Assembly (NCBI GenBank): GCA_963827235.1
Contig: CAWHAE010000012.1
Coordinates: forward strand, 352,001-416,000
Source of the DNA: an uncultured bacterium
GTDB lineage: Bacteria > Chloroflexota > UBA5177 > JANWHV01
Reading direction: 5' to 3'
Length of the DNA: 64,000 nucleotides
Positions 48,650-59,107 of the stretch are shown here, piece by piece. The position numbers and the translations under genes were made by a program. Below the pieces are notes generated by a model. The model was given only the letters and a program-made list of their open reading frames with translations. It searched no databases and was not told the origin of the DNA. Within the stretch, counting starts at the first letter, position 1. Each line of letters opens with the position of its first letter.

Positions 48650-51553
48650 CTACAGACGTGAAGTATGCTCGTTCAGCTCAAATGCCACGTCGTGCTCGGC
48701 GAATTGGCGGCACTCGAGCGACTTGATGGCGTGCAGCGCCGCGTGGAGCTCCGGTCCCAGCGCCGCCTCCAGCATCGTGTCGCCTGCCAGGGCCTCCAGT
48801 GCATCGCCCAGGTTGCGCGGCAGCGGGGCAAGCCCTTCCGGGACGTCGAACGCCTCGCCGGTCAACGCGTCGTCGAGTAACGGTGGCGGCAGCGTGCACT
48901 CCCGTGCCATGCCGTCGAGCCCGGACGCGACGATGCCGCCCAGCAAGAGGTATGGGTTGGCTGCATGGTCGGCAATGCGCAGCTCGGCGTGCAAGGTAAC
49001 CGATTCCTCGCCGGAGTATGGCGAGACCACGCGTACGGCGGCCAGCCGGCTATCGGGACCCCACGAGGGTGCCAACGTGCCGGCCAGGTCCGACTGCATC
49101 CTGCGATAGGAGTTCACGCTCGGACAGGCAAGGCCGGTCAGCCCCGGCAGGTGCTCGACCACGCCCGCCAGGAAGCCGCGAGCAGTGTCGGACATCTGGT
49201 AAGGCGCCTCGGGCTCGAAGAATCGCGAGGCCCGGCCGTCGCTTCCGGTCAGGCTGAAGTGCACGTGGCAGGCATTGCCGGGCTGGTCGACGAACGGCTT
49301 CGGCGCGAACGACGCGATGAGACCGTTCGCTGCCGCGACGCCCCGCACTGTCTCGCGGAAAATGACGAGGTTGTCGGCCGCTCCAACGCCGTCCGCGTGC
49401 CGGATGGTGAGCTGGTGCTGACCATGGCCCGCCTCCGCACTGTACTGCTCTACGGCCAAGCGTTGAGTGTCCAGAGCGTCGATCAGCTCATTGATCACGG
49501 GCGCGGCGCTGTTCATCGACGCCGTGGCGAAACATCCGGCTCGGTCCACCGGCTCCAGCGTGTTGCCTTCCCGGCGAAGCAGCGTGAAGGTGCTCTCAAA
49601 TGCTGCCTGGATTCGCAAGCCGCGTGCGTTCAGCCGGCCAAGCGTGCGCTTGAGGAAGGAGCGCGGGCAGAAAAGCCAGGGTTCGAAATCCGGCGTGACG
49701 ATATCGGCACACATGGAAGCGGCGCGCGCCACATACGGGAGCTCGACGAACGTCTCCTGGTCGGGCGCCAGTCTGACTTCGCCGACCTGTCCGAGGCCCG
49801 GGACGGGCGTGATGGTGTCGAGCAGCGTGCGCGCAAGCGCCACCTTACCCATGGAGACCCCGCTCTGCCTGCGCTCCTCGAGCCCGTGTACGTGGACGGC
49901 TTTTGCGCGAATGATCGAGCTGAGGTCACAGAACAGAAACCGGACCAACCGGATGTCGCGCTCACGCACCTGGCGCGCGATATCCGTACGCACGCTGCCC
50001 ATTATCCGCGATCCTTCGATAGTCCCAACCGGCGCCGGTGCTGAATCCGGCGCCCAGCGCATACTCAGCGAGGGACTCTCTGCTGCGGGCTCAACGGCGT
50101 CAAAGCCACCGACGGTTACGAGGACCATGACCAGCCCGAGCTGTGCCTCGATGCCGTGCACGAGCAAGTCGTCGAAGAACATGTGCGTGGCAAACGCTAC
50201 GAGCACGCCCAGACCGCCCAAGCTCACGGCGCGGCCAAAATCGTCCGGAGCGCGCCGATACGTTCGCACGCAGATCGCTATGCCGCTGCCGAGCAGGAAT
50301 ATCCAGGCCAGGAATCCAGGCACGCCCGCTTCCGCTGCGATGTTGATGTAGTAGTTATGTGCGTGGCCGAGCGGGTTGTCCCAGGGCCCCTCCACCCGAT
50401 AGTGCCAATAGGCGGCCGGATAATTGCCGATGCCAACTCCCAGGATCGGATTGGCGGCGAACATGCGCAGTCCGGCCTCCATATGGGCCAGGCGCTCGGC
50501 CGAGCTCCAGGTAACCGGCGTGGGGTTCGCGACATCCACGTTCGACACACCTAAACCGCTCGCAATGGGGTCCGACACGGCGCCCGGAATGATGCCGATG
50601 AACCCGAGCAGGAATACGCACGCGATGACCAAGCCTGCTACCGGCAGCAACGCGCGCACACGCTGCGACGTCACGCCGAACAGCACCACCAGGGCGGCGA
50701 TCGACCCGAGCTCGGCACCCCGGGACAACGACGAGAAGACTCCGGCAGCAGTCACCAGGGTGACCAGCCACACCAGCTTCCGCGGAAGCACGCGGAATAT
50801 CAAGCACGCCACGGCCAACGGAAAGGTCATGTTGAGGTAGCCGGCGAACGGATTCGGCTGATCGAACGTACCGGAGCTACGCAGAATGGCGCCTCGGGCA
50901 AAACTGCTGGGACCGCTGTGCAGGAACGTCTGAGCGACGCCTACCGCGGCCTCAGACAGGACTGCCAGGAACACAACGGCCAGCAGGATGAGCGCCTGAC
51001 GACGCGACTTCACAAGTGTCGCACCCGTCAGGTAGACGAGCGTGAGCTGCCCCCACTTGAGCAGCTCCTTGATGCTGCCCACGAGATAGGTAGCCTGGCT
51101 AACCGAGGCGAGCAGTACCACGCCGTAGATTAGCAGCGCCGTCCGCCAGGGAGCTGCGTTAAGGTTGATCTCTCCGGATATGGCGCTCCTGCCCACCAGC
51201 GCCGCGGCAATGGTGAACACGATCACATTGGTGGTGGTGACGTTGAGTCCGCCCAGCTGCAGGTTGCGCACCGACTCGAAGGGTACGGAAAAGGCCAGCG
51301 TGCAGAGAGCGCCGAATGGCTGCGAGAGCAGAACGAGTAGAACGGCCACGCCGGCAATCGCCGCGGCGCTTAGCGCGGGCGGTGCCAGGGCCACCACAAT
51401 ACCGCCGACCACCACCAGCCCATACAGCACTCGCCGTGCCGCCACTCTGCTGGAACTGCGCCGGGCAATACGAACAGGGGGAGAGAAGAATACGTCCTCG
51501 GGCATCGCGAGGCTGGCACCGCGGACCGTGGCTTGGAAGTCTTTCACTCCCAT
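48650..51553 (-). CDS. Fusion ORF: O-antigen ligase/Wzy-like membrane protein plus C-terminal glutamine-synthetase-like domain
   Basis: N-terminal about 480 aa: GTFDQPNPFAGYL, SLSRGA, NPILGVGIGNY, HAHNYY..AAEAG. From Met at 50002: VRFLFCD..IIRAK, CPRSFLKR, SFAPKPF, GNACHVHFSL, NSYRR, ELRIADHAANPYL. No stop in frame. Confidence 0.8.
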   Translation of the reverse strand: MGVKDFQATVRGASLAMPEDVFFSPPVRIARRSSSRVAARRVLYGLVVVGGIVVALAPPALSAAAIAGVAVLLVLLSQPFGALCTLAFSVPFESVRNLQLGGLNVTTTNVIVFTIAAALVGRSAISGEINLNAAPWRTALLIYGVVLLASVSQATYLVGSIKELLKWGQLTLVYLTGATLVKSRRQALILLAVVFLAVLSEAAVGVAQTFLHSGPSSFARGAILRSSGTFDQPNPFAGYLNMTFPLAVACLIFRVLPRKLVWLVTLVTAAGVFSSLSRGAELGSIAALVVLFGVTSQRVRALLPVAGLVIACVFLLGFIGIIPGAVSDPIASGLGVSNVDVANPTPVTWSSAERLAHMEAGLRMFAANPILGVGIGNYPAAYWHYRVEGPWDNPLGHAHNYYINIAAEAGVPGFLAWIFLLGSGIAICVRTYRRAPDDFGRAVSLGGLGVLVAFATHMFFDDLLVHGIEAQLGLVMVLVTVGGFDAVEPAAESPSLSMRWAPDSAPAPVGTIEGSRIMGSVRTDIARQVRERDIRLVRFLFCDLSSIIRAKAVHVHGLEERRQSGVSMGKVALARTLLDTITPVPGLGQVGEVRLAPDQETFVELPYVARAASMCADIVTPDFEPWLFCPRSFLKRTLGRLNARGLRIQAAFESTFTLLRREGNTLEPVDRAGCFATASMNSAAPVINELIDALDTQRLAVEQYSAEAGHGQHQLTIRHADGVGAADNLVIFRETVRGVAAANGLIASFAPKPFVDQPGNACHVHFSLTGSDGRASRFFEPEAPYQMSDTARGFLAGVVEHLPGLTGLACPSVNSYRRMQSDLAGTLAPSWGPDSRLAAVRVVSPYSGEESVTLHAELRIADHAANPYLLLGGIVASGLDGMARECTLPPPLLDDALTGEAFDVPEGLAPLPRNLGDALEALAGDTMLEAALGPELHAALHAIKSLECRQFAEHDVAFELNEHTSRL

Positions 51554-51562
51554 ACTATATCA
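51547..51562 (-). promoter_or_regulatory. Extended -10 element positioned for a leaderless transcript of the ligase-GS gene
   Basis: Minus strand TGATATAGT (51562-51554), followed after 6 nt by an in-frame GTG at 51547. No RBS. Confidence 0.4.
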
Positions 51563-51736
51563 GGCCCGGCTCGGCGATGCCGCATCTCAGCCATGGTCGC
51601 GTTTGGATGCGCAAGGCGACGTTGCGGTCTTGCTGGCGATAGAAGCCATGCCCGGCAGGGGCGCGGGCGGTCGCGCCGGCAACGGTGCTGCAATGGGCGG
51701 ACCGACGCCGAGGATCAGATGCCGCCGCCAAGCTCG

Positions 51737-52717
<981 letters not shown>

Positions 52718-52990
52718 TCCGAGCGTGTGGGCTCAATAGACCGGCGACACGCGCAGAGCGGCGAAGAGGTGATGTGCCTCGAGAGCACGCGTGCCCGCTC
52801 TCTTGAGTATATCTGAGGACTCCACGGTATCCCGCTCCGGCCCTGGCGCAGCATGACGTGGGTGAGAGCATTCTTCTCAACAGTACCGAGACGCTCTCGA
52901 GAGCGGTACACCGCCAATCCCGGCAAAGATGGTGTATTCGCATGATCGAAGCGGTGATCCGTGGCTTCGGTCAGCCTATTTCAGACCCGT

Positions 52991-55900
52991 TCAGCTCAGC
53001 GAGCTGTTCAGGGCTTCAGGGACGGCATGAGACGGCAACGCCGTGGCAGCGCCGCGAACTCCTTCCAGTACCGCGGGCACACATACTCCACTGCACGTTA
53101 CCACCACGGCAAGGGCTTGCAGCGTGCCGCTCGGCTTCGCTCCCGAGTGAATGGCCGGCTCGGCAAGCGCCATTTCCAGAGATGCCCGGCCTCCTACCCA
53201 GTAACCTGCCGAGGCCATCGGCGCGCCGGCACTCTGGTATGCCGAGACTCTCACGAACATGCGGCTGCCTGTAGGGTTGAACACGCGAACCAGGGTTGGA
53301 GTGTCCGTCGACTGCAGGCCGATGGCGGCGAGCTGCGTGTTGCCGCTCGATCCTTGCACCTCGAAGCCCGGGTGCTGGCCTGCCGAGGCAGGGCCGCCGA
53401 CAAATTGCCCGAGCTCGGCCACCACGGGCACGGTGGAGCGGACGCTCAGCGAGCACACCTTGCCCTGCGTGATGCTGCTGAGGGCCAGGGTGGCTCTGCC
53501 ACCTGCCGGCACCTGGAGTGAGGCGCTTCCCAGGCGAAGGCCCGAATCGGAGTAGGTGGTCACGGACACGCGAGCCAGACAGTTGGTGGCGCCAGCGCAC
53601 GTCTTGGCCGGGTTGATCAGTGCCAGGACCGCCTGATTGCCGTCAAGGGTGGAAGCATAGGCAAAGTGCGCGACCGTGCTCGCCGAGGTGACGCCGGGCG
53701 AGACGTCATACCCTGCCTTGAAGTCCTGCGGCCCCGGACCCCAGGAGAGCGCGCGCTCCGCCACGATTGGTTGGCTGCTCTCGAGACCCACGCCCACGGC
53801 AACCCCGGCCAGCGGCGCCACGCATTTCTGTGGAGTCTCTGCCGTGCTGCCTGTCGTCGCCGCGCAGCCAGTCGCTCTCAGGTACGTTGCCCGCACGTCG
53901 AACGTCGTAGTGTCGAAGGCGCCGAGGTGCAACACCTCGCGCGCGCTGATGGCGCCGGTCTGAGTATAGAACGTGATGCGCACGGTCGCCGGTACCGTCT
54001 GCGGATTCATCATGTCGATTGCATCCTGATACTCCGTGCCGGTGTTCCCTTCCGCGAACCGCCAAGTCGATGACGGTCCCCCGGCACCGCTTCCCTGGGC
54101 TCGTCCAGTTGCCCAAAGGCTGGACCCGGCCGTAGTCGAATCGTCCAGCATGCGCGTCACGGTGCCCGACTTGCTCGCGCTCGTAGTGCAATCGACCGCG
54201 CTCGGGTCGTTCTTCTTGCTCAGCTTGCACTCGCTAAGAGGCTCCTGGAGCGTCCGGCGCGTGAGCAAGATCACGCGAATGCCGGTGTCGCACGTGGCGC
54301 CCGCCGCGCACGATGCCGAGCGCGTGGTCGGAGTCGCGGTCGAGGTCGCGCATGTCGCCTGAATCTCAACCCGTACCATGATGCTCAAGGTGTGGCCGCT
54401 GCCGATATCGCCGTTGATCGTGTGCTGGACGATGCCATGGGCGGGCACGCTGAAGGACACCTGACGGATTGCCGGCGAGCCCGATGTGGTGGCGATAAGA
54501 TACATTACGGTGACTACCGCTGCTTGGTCGGCGACGTTGGCTACGTGCAACGACTGGCTGTAGCTCACCGTCAGTCCTGGCGCCGCCTTGGCCACCATCG
54601 TAGTGCCGTTCGCGAAATAGGCCACCGTCTCGGAGGCCGAGCTTTGTCCGCCGTTTGCCGTCGTCTCCGAGCAACCGCCGGGCGATGGCGTTCTCGTGGC
54701 GACGCCGGTTGGGCCCGGCGTTCCCGTGGCCGACGCCTGAAGAGCCAGCCCGTGCGTAGCCTTCCTCTTGCTGAGCTCGCCGCTTGCCCAGATCAGATAA
54801 CCGCCCGTCGCGATAAGCGTGCCCGGGTCGCCGTCCGCCGCGGGGAGCGGAAACGCGACGGTGAAGGAGCCGCTGGAATCGGCCACCACCTGGCGTGCAC
54901 TGCCGGCCAGCGGCCGTACCGGGATGGACGGCGGGGCAAGATAGACGTCGATGGTTTCGCCCGCCGCGAACCCGCTGCCCTCCACGGTAATCGCCGAGCC
55001 GGTTCCGGCGATGATGTTTGAGATTCGCAGACTGGCGGGAAGGTTGGTGATCGTCAGCACGCCGGCGGCCGATCGCCCGGTCGCGTCCACGGCGCGAAAC
55101 GTCACCGATCCGGCCGGCGCGTCGACCGGAGCCGCGACCGGCACACTGAAGGATCCCGATGGATCCGTGGTCGTCTGCAGAGGATATGCCTCGGACGTGC
55201 CGATCGCCGTGTTGCTGCTCCACGGTGCCTGCAAGGTGATGGTGATCGGCGTGGAGCCCGCAAAACCCGTTCCTTGCAGAGTCGTCGACTGCCCGGATGC
55301 AACCACGTACTCGGTAAAGGCGAGAACGGCCGGTGCCACGACGATCAGCGTGGCGGAGGCCACGAGGTCGCTTGCTTCTCCACTCGCGGACACGGTGAAC
55401 GAGCTGCCGGAAGCACCTCCAATTGCCGTTGCGGGTACCGTTACCGCCAGGCTGAAGGCACCCGCCGGTGTCGCGGTGGCAAAGCCGAGCTGCGTGATAG
55501 CCCCGTTGTTGCCCACAGCCGACACGGCAATGGTCTCACCCGCGTAGTAGCCCCTGCCGCTGACCATCGAAGCGAGGTGACTGGCCACCCGAGCGGGATT
55601 GACGGCCAAAGCAGTGCCCGGCACCACCAGCGGGCTCTGAAGCGTCAGTCCGCTGGACGTGCCTTTGATCACGACCTGGAGAAGCGAGCCTGCATTGCCT
55701 CCGGAGTTCTGGCTTCGCCCGGAGGGCGGATTTGCGAAGGTCTCGTCGTCGAGGGGCAGCACAAACGTGCCGCTGAGCGCGCCGGTCGCATCGGCCTGCA
55801 GATTCGCTGACGCACTGAGGTCGGTCACAGCAGTGCTCGCGTCCTGGACGTTGAGCTGGATGGGTTCATCAGGAGTGAAGCCCGCGGCTGCCAGCCGAAC

Positions 55901-56764
55901 CGTCTCTCCAAGGGCGGCCACCGGCGGAGAGAGACTGATCGTGGTACCCGAGCTCGTTGCCTCAACCGTGATCGGCACGGCTCCGGCATTGCCTGCCGTA
56001 TCGATGATGTTGACCGCAGCCACGCCGTCGGCCATCGTGTCCGGGATCGACACGCTCATCGGCGGGATCACCCCGGCGCCCGTCGTCGTGACCGGCTGGG
56101 TCTGCACGATCTGCACGCCGGCCGCGTCGCAGAGGCTGACAGTAACCGCGCTGTTGGGTGCAAAGCCGCTTCCGCTGACCTGCGCGACGCCGCCCGGTTG
56201 CACGACGTTCGCCGAGACGTCCAGCGCTTGGATGAAGGGCGTCACGCCAAACAGCGAGGACGCCACGGCCGCCGAGCCGATACTGGCCACCACGTGCCCC
56301 AGAGACCCAGGCGCGGCATCAAGGGGAACGACAAAGGTTGACTGCGGCAGTGAGCCGTCCCCGGACGCAGTCGCCGTGATCACCTGCGTAATGGAGTCTA
56401 CCGGGTCGACATAGGCCACGTCGATCACGCTGCCGGGCACGAAACCGCTGCCGTCAACCGACACAGACGTGCCGGGCGGACCGGCATCCGGGTCCAGGGC
56501 CAGTATGCCGGAGGCGGCCGGGCCGGCAGCCGCCTGCCTGGACGGGAGCATGCCGCTGCTAGCAACGACGATCGGCAGGGACGACGCCGACGGCCGGCGG
56601 TCGGTGCGGGCCAAGGCCGGGTTTCCGTGGCCGAGTACTGGGAGCTGAATGGCGATTGCCGAGAGTACCAGCGATAGGGCTGTCGCGAGACGCACCGCGC
56701 CGTCCAGGCGCACGCCATGCCGGCCGGCCACACCGGCGGCTCGAGCTCGCTCCCAACTCCACAT
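52991..56764 (-). CDS. Large secreted protein: tandem Ig/IPT-like repeats plus four C-terminal WYFAEG-type (DUF5719-like) modules
   Basis: Signal-like helix (LATALSLVLSAIAI), about six GxxVxVxGxGFxPxxxV...G.F repeats, then AYFANG, WRFAEG and AHFAY modules with NP and IVAER/VVAE. Start uncertain. Confidence 0.75.
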   Translation of the reverse strand: MWSWERARAAGVAGRHGVRLDGAVRLATALSLVLSAIAIQLPVLGHGNPALARTDRRPSASSLPIVVASSGMLPSRQAAAGPAASGILALDPDAGPPGTSVSVDGSGFVPGSVIDVAYVDPVDSITQVITATASGDGSLPQSTFVVPLDAAPGSLGHVVASIGSAAVASSLFGVTPFIQALDVSANVVQPGGVAQVSGSGFAPNSAVTVSLCDAAGVQIVQTQPVTTTGAGVIPPMSVSIPDTMADGVAAVNIIDTAGNAGAVPITVEATSSGTTISLSPPVAALGETVRLAAAGFTPDEPIQLNVQDASTAVTDLSASANLQADATGALSGTFVLPLDDETFANPPSGRSQNSGGNAGSLLQVVIKGTSSGLTLQSPLVVPGTALAVNPARVASHLASMVSGRGYYAGETIAVSAVGNNGAITQLGFATATPAGAFSLAVTVPATAIGGASGSSFTVSASGEASDLVASATLIVVAPAVLAFTEYVVASGQSTTLQGTGFAGSTPITITLQAPWSSNTAIGTSEAYPLQTTTDPSGSFSVPVAAPVDAPAGSVTFRAVDATGRSAAGVLTITNLPASLRISNIIAGTGSAITVEGSGFAAGETIDVYLAPPSIPVRPLAGSARQVVADSSGSFTVAFPLPAADGDPGTLIATGGYLIWASGELSKRKATHGLALQASATGTPGPTGVATRTPSPGGCSETTANGGQSSASETVAYFANGTTMVAKAAPGLTVSYSQSLHVANVADQAAVVTVMYLIATTSGSPAIRQVSFSVPAHGIVQHTINGDIGSGHTLSIMVRVEIQATCATSTATPTTRSASCAAGATCDTGIRVILLTRRTLQEPLSECKLSKKNDPSAVDCTTSASKSGTVTRMLDDSTTAGSSLWATGRAQGSGAGGPSSTWRFAEGNTGTEYQDAIDMMNPQTVPATVRITFYTQTGAISAREVLHLGAFDTTTFDVRATYLRATGCAATTGSTAETPQKCVAPLAGVAVGVGLESSQPIVAERALSWGPGPQDFKAGYDVSPGVTSASTVAHFAYASTLDGNQAVLALINPAKTCAGATNCLARVSVTTYSDSGLRLGSASLQVPAGGRATLALSSITQGKVCSLSVRSTVPVVAELGQFVGGPASAGQHPGFEVQGSSGNTQLAAIGLQSTDTPTLVRVFNPTGSRMFVRVSAYQSAGAPMASAGYWVGGRASLEMALAEPAIHSGAKPSGTLQALAVVVTCSGVCVPAVLEGVRGAATALPSHAVPEALNSSLS

Positions 56765-57068
56765 GTGGCAATCCACCCTCGCCGCCGAAAGCGGCCCGCG
56801 GCAATGGTCGGAACTGCGGCCGGCCTCCAATCCACCGGTATGAAGCGACTGCTTCCGATCCCGGCAAGCTGCCCGGCCGCTGCCAGAGTTAATATACGCT
56901 ACCCTCTGCAACTCGGTCACGCCATGTACCATGTGCTCATGACCGACGGTACTGCGAGCGGCCGAGTATCTCCAGGACAGCAGCCGGCAGACGCTGTCGT
57001 CCTGCGACTGTTCGGGCGGCGCTGAGCGCCGCGGGGAGCATGGGTTGAGCGCACGCGGGCAGACGAAC

Positions 57069-58145
57069 ATGGAGAATCTGCCGGCCGCGCAGGGCGTGGG
57101 CCCTGCCGGTCTCCACCATATGCTGGTGTTCGTTTCACCTGCCTACGAGGACGTCGCACTGAACGAGTTACGCGACGTGGCTGGGGCACGCCTCGTTCGC
57201 GCAGTGGCGCGTGGCGTAATGCTTGCGAGCACGTCGCAAGGGCCTGAGCAGACGGAAGAGAGCTTTGCTCAGCGACCGCCTATCTTTGCGCGCCAGGTCC
57301 TGGTCGACGTGCAGGCTGTCGCGCGTACCGACGACGTGGCCGAGGACGCACGGTCGATCGCAGAGTTGATCTCGGACACGCCGGCGTCGTCGATTGCTGC
57401 CTGCGACATGGAGGGGCGCTGCCACGCCGGGCTCGAGGCGCTCCGAGAAGCAGTGGCCAAGCACCTCCGCGGTGAACGGTCGTTCGATCGCCTCCTATTG
57501 GCCGCGGCACCTGGAGAGTATTTCGTCGGCCGCGTTCTCCCGGGTGCCGGTATCGCCCCTGTCCCGTTCTGGCCGGCCGGTCGCCCGGAGACGCCATCCG
57601 AGCAGCACTTCATCAGCCGATCCGCCCTCAAGCTGTGTGAAGCGTTCGACCTATTCGCCGTTCATCTGGTCAAAGGCGCGAGGGTCCTGGATCTCGGCGC
57701 GGCGCCGGGAGGCTGGACGCAAGTGCTTGCCGGTCATGGCATGCGTGTCACGGCCGTCGATCCCGGAGAGCTCGATCCTCGCGTGGCGGCGCTGCCCGGA
57801 GTCCGTAGCTTTCGTGGCACCGCGCAAGCATTCACCCGTGCCGGGACCGAGCAGTTCGATGCAGTGGTTGACGACATGCGCCTCGACGCCCGCGAGTCGG
57901 CACGCTTGCTCGTGGCGCTGCGGCACCGGCTTCGATTCGGGGCAATTGTTCTAGCCACGCTAAAGCTGCCCGAGCGCGCGCCGTCCCCTGTGCTCAAGTC
58001 TGCCCTGGCTACGCTCGGCGCCGGCTACACTGTTCTTGGCAAGCGCTGCCTGTACTTCAACCGCAATGAAGTGACCGTCTACGCGCGAGTATCGGAAGAC
58101 GGCCCGCGCTGCGACCTGCGCTACACAGGTTCAGGCCAAGCGTAG
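57069..58145 (+). CDS. FtsJ-like SAM-dependent 2'-O-methyltransferase (RlmM-like)
   Basis: ISRSALKL.EA, VLDLGAAPGGWT, VTAVDP, DDMR, TLKL and NEVT (K-D-K-E tetrad). Confidence 0.85.
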   Translation: MENLPAAQGVGPAGLHHMLVFVSPAYEDVALNELRDVAGARLVRAVARGVMLASTSQGPEQTEESFAQRPPIFARQVLVDVQAVARTDDVAEDARSIAELISDTPASSIAACDMEGRCHAGLEALREAVAKHLRGERSFDRLLLAAAPGEYFVGRVLPGAGIAPVPFWPAGRPETPSEQHFISRSALKLCEAFDLFAVHLVKGARVLDLGAAPGGWTQVLAGHGMRVTAVDPGELDPRVAALPGVRSFRGTAQAFTRAGTEQFDAVVDDMRLDARESARLLVALRHRLRFGAIVLATLKLPERAPSPVLKSALATLGAGYTVLGKRCLYFNRNEVTVYARVSEDGPRCDLRYTGSGQA

Positions 58146-58282
58146 GCCACGGTGGTGGTCCCTGGGGCGGAGTAAGCACCGCGTCGGGCAGGCGATCAGA
58201 CTGCCCAGGGTGATGCGCGTGGGACATCGCGTGCGCCGCCGCCGCCCTCACCGCCGATGGGGTGTCCCGGCGCGGCTGCCTT

Positions 58283-59107
58283 CTACAGCGCGGCGTCCAC
58301 GAATGGGCCGCCCTCGTGCAGCAATCCCGGTGAAAGCTCGACCGTTGCCGTCGAGTCTAGCAAGAATAGCAGCTCCCCATCGGTCGGATTGATGTACTGG
58401 CTGGGTAGATCGTCGGGCCGGTACGGGCCCTCGATCACCTCGTGCAGGATCTTGGCCTTGCTGCCGCCGGTGGTCAAGAACCAGACTCTGCTGGCGTTGT
58501 TGATCACGGGCAAGGTTAGCGTGATACGCGTCGTCTGAAGCTTGACGACGGGATTGGCAACCACGAGCTTCTTTCGCTCGGCAAGGGCGGGTGAATGAGG
58601 AAACAGCGAGGCCGTATGGCCGTCCTCGCCGATGCCGAGCAAGATCAGGTCGAAGCGAGGCAGCGCCGGCTGGCCGCCGGGAGTCGTGCCATCCTCGAGA
58701 TCGAAGGCGTGTTTGAGCTCATCCTCATAGGCAACGGCTACCGTGTTGGGATTAGGTAGCTCGGCCATGATCCGGTGCACGTTCTGTGGCGGAATCGGTA
58801 CGCAGTCCAGGAGGGCCTCCTTGGCCATGCGGTAATTGCTGTCAGGATGGTCGGGCGGCACGTGTCGCTCGTCTCCCCAAAAGACCTGGACGTCTTCCCA
58901 CGGCAGCTCGCCGGAAACGTCCTGGCGTGCCAGCATTTCGAAAAGGACCCGCGGCGTCGCTCCGCCGGACAAGGCGATGGTGAAGACTCCCCGTGCAGCG
59001 ATGGCACCACGGGCGGCGTCGACGATCCCGGTGGCTGTCGTCCGCATCAGGTCGTCGATTGACTTCGAGATACTAAAGCGCGCTTGGCCCGGGTCCCCGT
59101 CCGGCAT
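58283..59107 (-). CDS. pgl: 6-phosphogluconolactonase
   Basis: ALSGGATP, FWGDERHVP..SNY, DLILLGIGEDGHTASLFP and RITLT. Confidence 0.95.
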   Translation of the reverse strand: MPDGDPGQARFSISKSIDDLMRTTATGIVDAARGAIAARGVFTIALSGGATPRVLFEMLARQDVSGELPWEDVQVFWGDERHVPPDHPDSNYRMAKEALLDCVPIPPQNVHRIMAELPNPNTVAVAYEDELKHAFDLEDGTTPGGQPALPRFDLILLGIGEDGHTASLFPHSPALAERKKLVVANPVVKLQTTRITLTLPVINNASRVWFLTTGGSKAKILHEVIEGPYRPDDLPSQYINPTDGELLFLLDSTATVELSPGLLHEGGPFVDAAL

